From the NCBI GenBank assembly GCA_046758865.1, contig JBHIBD010000004.1, forward strand, positions 1 through 57,783: DNA of 57,783 nucleotides, read 5' to 3'. The notes beneath the pieces were generated by a model, which was not told where the DNA came from, did no database searches, and saw only the letters and a list, made by a program, of their open reading frames with translations. Below are positions 1 to 7,343 of the stretch, piece after piece; positions within the stretch are counted from its first letter, which is position 1, and every line of letters starts with the position of its first letter. This DNA comes from Candidatus Brocadiales bacterium (GTDB lineage Bacteria; Planctomycetota; Brocadiia; Brocadiales; Bathyanammoxibiaceae). Both the position numbers and the translations under genes were made by a program.

Positions 1-381
1 GCCAACTGGAGCGGTAGCGCGGAAAATGTTGAGGATAGTGGACATACCCCCCGCAAGACATCGGAGGCCTGGGGCGTGGCGCAGTATATCACATACCAGC
101 ACACTGACCGGCTCGGTTTTGCCCTCAGGGGTGAATACTTCTGGGACCACGACAACTTCGCTGGACTTAGCGGTGCTGACGGTGGTGCGTCACTGGCAGA
201 GGTTACCTTTACGACAAACCTGCTGCTGAGGGAGAAGCTCTGGATAAGGCCGGAGATACGCTACGACAAGATTTTGCACGTGACCCGAGCTTCGGCTGAT
301 GCGTGGGATGTCGACGCCGACGTGGACCCCGGACACGACGCAAACCTCACCTTCGCAATCGCTACGACCTATGAGTTCTAG
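1..381 (+). CDS. outer-membrane beta-barrel / porin-like protein, C-terminal fragment (5' end lies outside the window)
   Basis: Frame 1 is open from nt 1 (ANWSGSAENVEDSGH...) to TAG 379-381. Alternating beta-strand-like pattern and terminal ATTYEF aromatic C-terminus are typical of OM barrels. Confidence 0.55.
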   Translation, partial: ANWSGSAENVEDSGHTPRKTSEAWGVAQYITYQHTDRLGFALRGEYFWDHDNFAGLSGADGGASLAEVTFTTNLLLREKLWIRPEIRYDKILHVTRASADAWDVDADVDPGHDANLTFAIATTYEF

Positions 382-418
382 GTTGTAGTCGGGTTTGTGG
401 TGGACGGCCTTTGGTGTT

Positions 419-870
419 CCTTCGCCTTTGGCTAAGGACACCTTCGGCGAAGGATACCTTTATGGCATATGTATAGGGGCGGGGTAAACCCCGCCCTTAC
501 TTTTTTGTAGCCAGCGAAATTTATTTCGTTGACTCAACGACTACCGAAGCCCCATAAATGGGGCAACTACAAGGTAGACGTGGGGATAACCCTCGGTAAT
601 CCTTCGCCAAAGGCTATGGATACCTCGTGGTTATCCGTTTCGGACAGAACTTTGGTAGACAACGAAGTTTTACTTCGTTGAAGACATCAACGACCATAAA
701 GGCTTCGGCCGTGAGCGGCTCAGCCGAACGGTCGTTGTCTACCAGTTAGAGCGTCGAGATGTACCCTACTTCATTCGTCATTGCGAGCATGTGGATTCGC
801 CTATCTTTTTGGCGAACAATCTCATATACACACAGGAGATTGCTTCTCCGCCTTGGCGAATCGCAATGAC
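419..870. repeat. mosaic array 1 of nested palindromic modules (BIME-like)
   Basis: ccttcgcc/ggcgaagg hairpin 419-453. GC hairpin 474-499. GTAG-headed units at 507-544, 574-636 (8-bp IR ggataacc/ggttatcc 584-591/629-636) and 655-742 (gtagacaacga/tcgttgtctac enclosing further hairpins). gcccca-taaa-tggggc 549-564. A-type module gtcattgcga...tcgcaatgac 777-870 with inner caatctc/gagattg hairpin. Confidence 0.8.
474..506 (+). terminator. candidate rho-independent terminator after the porin-like gene
   Basis: Stem gggcgggg/ccccgccc (477-484/489-496), loop taaa, followed by T-run 501-506. Confidence 0.5.
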
Positions 871-916
871 AAATGGGAAAGGCATTTTCCTACATAGCTG
901 GGGTGGCACTTTTGTA

Positions 917-1645
917 ATGATTAATCCCGTCTTTCTCGTACTTCTTCTTTGCGTATCATCCATCTTTTTCCCTTTCCTCTTTGTTAGTAACCTCACTCAT
1001 GCCGAAGACACGTACACAAAGGCCCTCTACACGGGCAATACCCGTCTTGTGGCACCCTTCCAGGAGGAAGAGGAGTTCAGGATGATTGACGGCTTTGAGC
1101 CAGGTATGAGGGAGCTCGGGATAAGCGGTGGTGGCAGCTTTTCCCTGGAGGAACCGCGAATATACACCTTCACCCTCCTGCCCAAGATAGGCTGGATACT
1201 GGGCACCTTTAATAGGCCCAAGGGCGCCCTGGAATTCGAACTAGAACCATTTGTAAGTATAGTTAAAGAGCCTTCCCAGTACTCCCACGAAGTGGGAGCC
1301 ACCATCATGATTGGTTACAATTTTGAGACCGGCACAAAGTTGGTGCCCTTCGTGCACGCCGGCGGTGGGGCCATACGGTCGGGCATGAACACCGGTGGGC
1401 TATCTCACGTCAGGGACCTTGAGAATGCACAGGGGTCACTATCCGACAAAGATGAGGCAAAAAAGCTACTAAAGTCCCGTCTCAACGCCATAGCCCAGAT
1501 AGGCCTGGGGGTAAAGTACTTCTTCAAGGAGAGGACCTCGTTTAACATTGAATACCGCTGGCGGCACATCTCCGACCCTTCTACTACTGACGATCTGGGT
1601 ATTGATTCCCAGTTTTTCCTCTTCGGGCTGTCTTATTTCTACTGA
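917..1645 (+). CDS. PagL-like acyloxyacyl hydrolase / OM beta-barrel paralogue (divergent copy)
   Basis: ORF 791-1645. Its first 42 codons lie in palindromic module 777-870, so ATG 917 is preferred (MINPVFLVLLLCVSSIFF signal peptide). Shares blocks with ORF 2391-2996 (GISGG, YNFETGT.(L/F)VPF, GLG(V/I)KYF). Has RHISD in place of RHVSN, an insertion of about 30 aa, and an aromatic C-terminus YFY. Confidence 0.6.
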   Translation: MINPVFLVLLLCVSSIFFPFLFVSNLTHAEDTYTKALYTGNTRLVAPFQEEEEFRMIDGFEPGMRELGISGGGSFSLEEPRIYTFTLLPKIGWILGTFNRPKGALEFELEPFVSIVKEPSQYSHEVGATIMIGYNFETGTKLVPFVHAGGGAIRSGMNTGGLSHVRDLENAQGSLSDKDEAKKLLKSRLNAIAQIGLGVKYFFKERTSFNIEYRWRHISDPSTTDDLGIDSQFFLFGLSYFY

Positions 1646-1693
1646 AAATAAATCCTGGTAGTTACTGTTCTATTAATCTTGGTAAATTGGTTA

Positions 1694-2330
1694 AAATGTC
1701 ATCCTAAGGTGTCAAAAACAATGAAGGATTTTTAAATGTAGCGTGGCAGCTTGCTGCCACGATTACGTGCGAGTAAACTCGCACGCTACAACTTTGGGAA
1801 ACTTATAGGAGATGTAGGGACAGGTCCTTAGACCTGTCCGTCTCGGACAGACCTGAAGGTCTGTCCCTACGAAGACTCGTCCTCCCTCCCCCTTGATGGG
1901 GGAGGGCAGGGAGGGGGTGATCGTTGGTTTACTCCATATTCAATTACGCCAACAAGACTTAGATGGATTAAATAGTCACCCTCCCCCTAACCCCCTCCCC
2001 TCAAGGGAGGGGGAAACAAGAGGGGTTCATAGACTTTTTCAGAGCCCTCTCTACTGAAACCTCATTGCGAGGTATTCCGTCGCCTGCGGCTAAGGATACC
2101 GAGGAGCGAAAAGCGACGAAGCAATCTCGCTCTTTCGCAAGAGATTGCTTCGCTAACGCTCGCAATGACAGAAAAGGGGCTTGCAATTAGAAAAGGGGCT
2201 TGCGATGACAGGAAAAGTTTTTATAGCGTCCGATCTCCGCATCGGACGTGGAAGAAAAAGACGTCTGGCCCTCCATAGTCCGCCCTGGCGGACGTCGGAA
2301 GGGCTGGTGCGGAGACCAGACGCTACAACA
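1694..2330. repeat. mosaic array 2 of nested palindromic modules (largest in the window)
   Basis: Box aaatgtcatcctaaggtg at 1694. B module tgtagcgtg-[2 hairpins]-cacgctaca 1737-1790. C module gtagggacag...ctgtccctac 1814-1870. C/G-run hairpins 1884-1906 and 1991-2013. A module tcattgcgag...ctcgcaatga 2062-2168 with inner cgaagcaatctc/gagattgcttcg 2117-2152. 19-nt tandem agaaaaggggcttgc(a/g)at 2170-2206. D hairpin cgtccgat-ctccgc-atcggacg 2227-2248 inside atagcgtc...gacgctaca 2223-2327. Confidence 0.85.
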
Positions 2331-2354
2331 TTTCATTCCCTCAAAATAACAACC

Positions 2355-2384
2355 TTGACAAACAAAGCACTTTGACAATATAAT
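2355..2384 (+). promoter_or_regulatory. sigma70-type promoter (TTGACA-18-TATAAT), possibly giving a leaderless mRNA
   Basis: ttgaca 2355-2360, tataat 2379-2384. The ATG of the next gene is at 2391, 7 nt after the -10, with no purine-rich SD between them. Confidence 0.45.
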
Positions 2385-2390
2385 TTTGCT

Positions 2391-2996
2391 ATGGAAAAAT
2401 TGCTTCACCTACTTTTCACACCTATCTTTCTGACCTTTCTCCTCAGCAGTTCTACCCTTGCCCAGGTGGAGATTGAAGAGAAAGAGGTACATCTCGGCAA
2501 AGACAAACACTATGTGGCAGGCATGCGCGAGTATGGCATAAGTGGTGGCTTTGGGTTTGCTAATGAGGACGAATTCATCACTGACTTCATTCTGATGCCC
2601 AAATGGGGCATCATTCTCGCCGACTTCGAGGGGAGGATACCTGGGGCACTTGAACTTGAGTTAGAAGGTGTTGCCGGGATGAATATGACTCCAGAGGTAG
2701 CCGCACAGGTGGGTTTCAATCTGCTATTTACATACAACTTCGAGACAGGGACGAATTTTGTGCCCTTCTTCTCGGCGGGGGCCGGGGCCCTATACACCAC
2801 ACTTGACGTAAACGAGCTTGGTTCCAGACTCAACGGTAGCCCCCAAGGGGGGCTGGGGATAAAGTACTTTGTGAACGACAGAACCGCCTTGACCCTGATG
2901 GGACGCATCAGACATGTCTCCAACGCGGGCACTGCCAGCCCAAACCGCGGGGTGGACAGCTTCTTCCTGCTGTTCGGAATTGACTTCCTTCACTAA
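2391..2996 (+). CDS. PagL-like lipid A deacylase / acyloxyacyl hydrolase, OM beta-barrel
   Basis: Signal peptide MEKLLHLLFTPIFLTFLLSSSTLAQ. C-terminal RIRHVSNAGTASPNRGVDSFF matches the H-x-S-N catalytic block of the PagL family. PFFSAGAGALY and GLGIKYF blocks are present. Confidence 0.75.
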   Translation: MEKLLHLLFTPIFLTFLLSSSTLAQVEIEEKEVHLGKDKHYVAGMREYGISGGFGFANEDEFITDFILMPKWGIILADFEGRIPGALELELEGVAGMNMTPEVAAQVGFNLLFTYNFETGTNFVPFFSAGAGALYTTLDVNELGSRLNGSPQGGLGIKYFVNDRTALTLMGRIRHVSNAGTASPNRGVDSFFLLFGIDFLH

Positions 2997-3044
2997 TAAA
3001 AGGCCCCTCAACCAAAACTCCTCAATTCCCTCTCTTTAGCACAA

Positions 3045-3157
3045 GACGTCCGATGCGGTGATCGGACGCCACACAAAACTATTCCTTCCCCCTCAATGGG
3101 GGAGAAATGTAGCGTGCGACCTTGTGTCGCACGTGCGAGATAAACCCGCACGCTACA
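3045..3157. repeat. mosaic array 3 of palindromic modules
   Basis: D hairpin cgtccgat-gcggtg-atcggacg 3047-3068 (inverse orientation of the 2227-2248 unit). tccccc-tcaat-ggggga 3087-3103. B module tgtagcgtg...gcacgctaca 3108-3157 with inner gtgcgac/gtcgcac and gtgcgag/ccgcac hairpins. Confidence 0.8.
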
Positions 3158-3207
3158 TCTTCACTTTTTTAGAGTGCCTCCACACAACACCTAAATGTCA
3201 TCCTGAA

Positions 3208-3255
3208 GTGCCACCGAATATTGAATTCTGAATTCTGAATTCTGAATTCGGTGCC
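3208..3255. repeat. (TGAATTC)x4 tandem heptamer bracketed by an 8-bp inverted repeat
   Basis: tgaattc at 3222-3228, 3229-3235, 3236-3242 and 3243-3249 (four GAATTC palindromes). Flanks caccgaat 3212-3219 / attcggtg 3246-3253. Preceded by box aaatgtcatcctgaagtg, also seen at 1694. Confidence 0.85.
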
Positions 3256-3274
3256 CGCTTTGCCCCTATCTACA

Positions 3275-3303
3275 TTGACACCTTTTGCAGAATCTGCTAG
3301 ACT
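3275..3303 (+). promoter_or_regulatory. candidate sigma70 promoter (TTGACA-17-TAGACT)
   Basis: ttgaca 3275-3280, tagact 3298-3303, about 50 nt upstream of ATG 3355. Confidence 0.35.
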
Positions 3304-3354
3304 CCCCTGTAAGCCATTTTTCACAGGTGCATTGTAGAAGACAGAATAACGGAC

Positions 3355-4371
3355 ATGTCAAGAGTGTACACGGTAGAGAAGCCCTGGCGCTCCTCCAAAG
3401 GCGTTCCGTCGCCGGAGGCTAAGGACGCCAAAGGCGGACGACCCTGGCAGCGTGAGGAGAGATATTACTCCTTCGGGCGCTACCTCAGGGAAAGGTTTCC
3501 GTTCAAGGTACACAAGATACCAATCCACGCGGGCTTCACCTGTCCCAACAGGGACGGTCACAAGGGGGTTGGAGGTTGCACATACTGCGCAAACGAGAGC
3601 TTTAGTCCCAACGTCGGGGACCCTTCCATACTATCCGTTAAGGAACAAATAAGGAGGGGCAAAAAGTTTCTCAGGTCTAGATACGCCGCAGAAAAATTCA
3701 TCGTCTATTTTCAGGCCTTCAGTAACACTTATGCAGACATCCTGACTCTAAAGTCCAGGTATGACGAGGCCATGGGTGAAGAAGACGTCATTGGCCTGTC
3801 AATAGGCACCAGGCCAGACTGTGTCTCTGACGAGGTGCTGGAGCTTGTAAATTCATACACCGACGTTCATCATGTCTGGATAGAGTATGGCCTTCAAAGC
3901 ATTCACAACCAGACCCTCAAACGTATAAACCGCTGCCACACCTACCAGGAGTTTGAGGACGCCGTTTACAGGACTAAGGTTTTCGGGGGCATAAACGTCT
4001 GTGTTCACGTCATCCTGGGCCTGCCCGGCGAAGACCACTCGGACATGATGGCCACGGCACGTAAGGTCTCCAGCCTGGGCATTGACGGTATCAAACTGCA
4101 TCATCTTTATGTGGCCAAAAACACTACCTTAGAAAAAGAATACAGACTTGGTAAAGTAAAGACTATGGATATGGAGGAATATGTATCCATTGCCTCAGAC
4201 TTTCTAGAGAATCTATCTTCGGATGTTACGGTTCAGAGACTGGTGGGAGATACCCACGGAGGTAGCCTTGTCTCGCCTATCTGGCCCGCGGGTAAGGCCG
4301 AGGTTGTTCAGGCCGTCACCGGAGAGCTTCGCCGCAGAAATTCTTGCCAGGGTACACAAATTGCCCCTTGA
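3355..4371 (+). CDS. TIGR01212 (YhcC/YtqA)-type radical SAM protein
   Basis: FKVHKIPIHAGFTCPNRDGHKGVGGCTYCANESF matches the family's CPNRDG...C..C cluster region. It carries an N-terminal extension of about 30 aa that contains a repeat module (3404-3426). No alternative in-frame start exists before the conserved core. Confidence 0.85.
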   Translation: MSRVYTVEKPWRSSKGVPSPEAKDAKGGRPWQREERYYSFGRYLRERFPFKVHKIPIHAGFTCPNRDGHKGVGGCTYCANESFSPNVGDPSILSVKEQIRRGKKFLRSRYAAEKFIVYFQAFSNTYADILTLKSRYDEAMGEEDVIGLSIGTRPDCVSDEVLELVNSYTDVHHVWIEYGLQSIHNQTLKRINRCHTYQEFEDAVYRTKVFGGINVCVHVILGLPGEDHSDMMATARKVSSLGIDGIKLHHLYVAKNTTLEKEYRLGKVKTMDMEEYVSIASDFLENLSSDVTVQRLVGDTHGGSLVSPIWPAGKAEVVQAVTGELRRRNSCQGTQIAP

Positions 4372-4427
4372 CTTTGATTCGTCTTATGCTTAAATCTTTG
4401 TCTGAGGGGTGGGTGCAAAGCAAACAA

Positions 4428-4502
4428 GCGGGCGTAATTCAGTGGTAGAATACCAGCTTCCCAAGCTGGGCGTCGTGGGTTCGAATCCCATCGCCCGCTC
4501 CA
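4428..4502 (+). tRNA. tRNA-Gly (anticodon CCC), CCA encoded
   Basis: Acceptor gcgggcg/cgcccgc, D arm attc-agtggta-gaat, anticodon arm ccagc-ttCCCaa-gctgg, T arm gtggg-ttcgaat-cccat, discriminator t4499, cca 4500-4502. Confidence 0.92.
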
Positions 4503-4535
4503 TTTTCATCAACTAAAGGGCCCCGCTTGCAAGTC

Positions 4536-5285
4536 ATGCCAGAAGCAGCTTCACCATTATTGTCGGAACAAACTCGCCAGGCCTCTTTCCTGAAATTCTG
4601 CTCGCTGGTCTTGTTGTTCTTGACGTTTTCTGCTGGTTGCGCCCAACGGCAAGAAAGGGTGCGTCCATATATCTCAAAAAAACCAGCGCCCACTGTTGGT
4701 GAAATACCTGGATACACCACACACAAAGTCCAACGTGGCGAGACAGTGTGGGCCATCTCCAAAAGATACAATCTGTCACCCCAGACAATCATTCAAATAA
4801 ACGGGATTAAGGATGTGCGAAATATCGAGGTGGGACAGAAACTACTAATACCGCGCACTGATTCTTCACCCCGCATTAGCCCCGCCTCTGTATCAAACAT
4901 GTCAAGTAAGGGCTTTATCTGGCCCCTTAACGGGAGAATTCTCCAGCGCTATGGTGACATTACTGGTGGATACAAGAATACAGGGATAGACATAGAGGCA
5001 CGGGTCGGGCAAAGTGTAGTGGCAGCAAAAGGCGGAGTAGTTGAAGTGGTATCTGCAAATCCCAGTGGTTGGGGCAAGGTAATTGTGATACGGCATAGTG
5101 ATGGCCTCTACACCTGGTACGCACACAATTCAAAGGTTTTTGTACAAAAGGGCAATTGGGTGAGGCGGGGTCAGATTATATCTCAGGCTGGCCAGAGTGG
5201 TAGTGTAACAAGACCAGAACTTCACTTCAAAATATTCCGAAACGACAAACCCGTTGACCCTCTATCCTATCTACCCCAGCGATAA
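4536..5285 (+). CDS. LysM + M23 peptidase-domain lipoprotein (NlpD-like)
   Basis: Lipobox LTFSAGC. LysM block HKVQRGETVWAISKRYNLSPQTIIQINGI...VGQKLLIP. M23 fold blocks GIDIEA...WYAHNSK...PELHFKIF. The metal ligands look partly degenerate, as in NlpD activators. ATG 4536 is preferred over TTG 4527. Confidence 0.85.
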   Translation: MPEAASPLLSEQTRQASFLKFCSLVLLFLTFSAGCAQRQERVRPYISKKPAPTVGEIPGYTTHKVQRGETVWAISKRYNLSPQTIIQINGIKDVRNIEVGQKLLIPRTDSSPRISPASVSNMSSKGFIWPLNGRILQRYGDITGGYKNTGIDIEARVGQSVVAAKGGVVEVVSANPSGWGKVIVIRHSDGLYTWYAHNSKVFVQKGNWVRRGQIISQAGQSGSVTRPELHFKIFRNDKPVDPLSYLPQR

Positions 5286-5399
5286 AAAGGGGCTTTAAAC
5301 AAATACATAAAACCTGCCTCTGGCGTGACCAGCCTGGTTTTCAGGCGGCCCGGTTCAGGGTCGCCTATTCCTTTCAAAACCTATTATATAGGGGCTGAG

Positions 5400-6263
5400 A
5401 TGACCTGGTTTTATTATTCAGAACTTGCTGCCTTCTTCGATGCCTCTACCGCTGCACTCTCTAAAAAGGCCGTTGAAGGCAGTGATGTATATACCGTGGC
5501 CTGGGCGCGCTACGGGTATGCATTCCCATTCCTTCTGTGCGTCCTCATGTTTATTGAATTTCCACCCCTAGACTATACCTTCTTTCTGGTGAATGCAGCA
5601 TTGATACCACTCGAAGTCCTTGCCCTCATTCTTTACATAAGGGCCATAAAATACTCCCCTCTATCACTTACCCTCCCGTTCCTCGCCCTAACCCCCGTCT
5701 TCCTCATAGGTACCAGCTTCCTGATGTTGGGGGAACGGCCAGACAGGTCTGGTGTAGCAGGGATATTCCTCGTCGCATTCGGGGCATACCTTCTTAACGT
5801 CCATACCTCTAAGGAAGGTATCATCGGTCCCCTGCGTGCAATCCTCAAGGAAGAAGGCTCCATGCTCATGATTGCGGTTGCTTTTATATACAGCATCACC
5901 TCTAATCTCGGGAAGATTGCTATCCTGCATTCAAGCCCTATCTTCTTCGCTGTATTTTATCCCACCTTACTGGCCCTGGCCCTTTTTCCCCTTCTGATGC
6001 TAAAACCAGGTGGTGGCTTGAAGAAGGTGTTTTCTAGTCCGGTCCTCTTTGCCTCCATAGGCGTGTTAAATGTATTAATGTTTATCACGCACAACCTGGC
6101 CATCCGACTGATAGAGGTCCCCTATATGATATCTGTCAAACGTACCAGTCTTATCTTCGGTGTGCTATATGGGTGGATTTTGTTTCGGGAGATAAATGTG
6201 GGGGAGAGGTTATTGGGGAGTATTGTGATGTTAATCGGTGTTGGACTTATAACGGTCTTCTAA
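5400..6263 (+). CDS. EamA/DMT-family transporter
   Basis: About ten hydrophobic helices in two repeats, typical of EamA. ATG 5400 (MTWFYYSELAAFF) is preferred over the upstream extension. Confidence 0.7.
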   Translation: MTWFYYSELAAFFDASTAALSKKAVEGSDVYTVAWARYGYAFPFLLCVLMFIEFPPLDYTFFLVNAALIPLEVLALILYIRAIKYSPLSLTLPFLALTPVFLIGTSFLMLGERPDRSGVAGIFLVAFGAYLLNVHTSKEGIIGPLRAILKEEGSMLMIAVAFIYSITSNLGKIAILHSSPIFFAVFYPTLLALALFPLLMLKPGGGLKKVFSSPVLFASIGVLNVLMFITHNLAIRLIEVPYMISVKRTSLIFGVLYGWILFREINVGERLLGSIVMLIGVGLITVF

Positions 6264-6449
6264 GCAGGGCTTGAGCCCTGCGGCACCCGCTCTGATACTC
6301 TATGTCATTGCAAGCGGAGCAATCAAACGTGCGGGCAAGCCATCCGAAGCTGCGCATAGGACTGGCAAGCTCGCACGCTACATTTTTGGTCGTTTCACTT
6401 CACGCCAAAGGCGGACTCGCCACGCTGTTGGGCGAGCCCTCAGAATGAC
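6264..6449. repeat. mosaic array 4 (degenerate modules) in a convergent gap
   Basis: gcagggc-ttga-gccctgc 6264-6281. gtcattgcaag 6304-6314 paired loosely with ctcagaatgac 6439-6449. Exact B-module 3' half ctcgcacgctaca 6370-6382. ctcgcc/ggcgag 6415-6436. Confidence 0.65.
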
Positions 6450-6479
6450 AATTGTACAGGATTCTTCAGGGGCCTCGTC

Positions 6480-7166
6480 CTACCTCAGGAGCGCGCCTGC
6501 CAGCACAAGGTCCTCTGGGGTGGTAATCTTTATATTGGTATGGCTCCCTGGAACTATCTCTACCGGATGACCCAATCTCTCAACCGCCTGGGCGTCGTCT
6601 GTGACCTCAACATCTTCCTCAAGGAGTGCATCGTAGGCCCTCAGCAATATATCCTTCTTAAAACCCTGCGGTGTCTGAGCTATCCAAAGACTGTCCCTGT
6701 TTACCGTGCGGATTATCCTCTCTGTGCCCTCCACCTCTTTCACTGTAGCGGTCACAGGTACCGCAAGGATGGCGGCGCCCGAGGCCTCAACCCTATTTAT
6801 CACTGCCTCTATCATCTCCCTACTTACTATGGGCCTAACGGCGTCATGCACCAGCACTATATCTGTCTGGGGTTCAAGGTGTTTCAGGGCCTCATAAACA
6901 CTGTCCTGCCTCCTCCTCCCACCTGGCACTATCTTAACCCTGATGCTATATTCTGCAAATTTATCCTTACATTTATCTCTAACATCCTCAAGTTCGGATG
7001 GACCTACTACCAGGATTGTCTCCCGAACACCCTTCACATCCAGGAATTTTTCCAGGGAGTGCTGGAAGATAGGTTTCCCCTTAATGAGCAGATAGGGCTT
7101 CTTCACACCCCCTCCCATCCGCACCCCGAGACCTGCTGCAGCCAGTATTATAGATACATGCGGCAT
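6480..7166 (-). CDS. ispD: 2-C-methyl-D-erythritol 4-phosphate cytidylyltransferase
   Basis: SIILAAAGLGVRMGGGVKKPYL N-terminal nucleotide-binding block, VLVHDAVRP and WIAQTPQGF blocks; 228 aa. Confidence 0.9.
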   Translation of the reverse strand: MPHVSIILAAAGLGVRMGGGVKKPYLLIKGKPIFQHSLEKFLDVKGVRETILVVGPSELEDVRDKCKDKFAEYSIRVKIVPGGRRRQDSVYEALKHLEPQTDIVLVHDAVRPIVSREMIEAVINRVEASGAAILAVPVTATVKEVEGTERIIRTVNRDSLWIAQTPQGFKKDILLRAYDALLEEDVEVTDDAQAVERLGHPVEIVPGSHTNIKITTPEDLVLAGALLR

Positions 7167-7215
7167 TATACTAAATGCACCTCAAGAACTCTGAAAAAGT
7201 CCTCTAACACTATGT

Positions 7216-7289
7216 TGTCATTCTGAGCGAAGCGAAGAATCTTCTGTTTTTCCGAGATTCTTCGCCGCCTTCTGCGGCTCAGAATGACA
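7216..7289. repeat. A-type palindromic module (variant arms)
   Basis: 13-bp arms tgtcattctgagc / gctcagaatgaca (7216-7228 / 7277-7289) enclosing gcgaagaatct / agattcttcgc (7232-7242 / 7255-7265). Confidence 0.85.
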
Positions 7290-7343
7290 TTCGGTGTGTT
7301 TTGCAGAGGCTTCATTTCATGAAAGAAACATGTTACTTATTGG

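Noticed and set aside
2001-2408. ORFs 2001-2186(-), 2181-2375(+) and 2187-2408(-) in the gap between the PagL-like genes
   Set aside because: They lie entirely within palindromic modules. Both strands are open because of the inverted symmetry, there is no SD, and the peptides are low-complexity, repeat-derived sequences.
419-3157. The repeat arrays as a possible CRISPR locus
   Set aside because: There is no constant-length direct repeat with regular spacing. The units are heterogeneous self-complementary palindromes in mixed orientation, and no cas genes are present in the window.
6271-6570. ORF 6271-6570(+), 99 aa
   Set aside because: It starts in repeat array 4, runs antisense into the 3' end of ispD, and has no motif or SD.
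6540-7226. 228-aa antisense ORF mirroring ispD. The same applies to 16534-17223(+), 22791-23540(+), 43402-43938(-), 47678-48274(-), 50861-51448(-) and 39478-40014(-).
   Set aside because: In each case the opposite strand encodes a protein with unambiguous family motifs (IspD, permease, FtsH, TyrA, Fhs, NuoF, SDR). The shadow frames have biased, motif-free composition.
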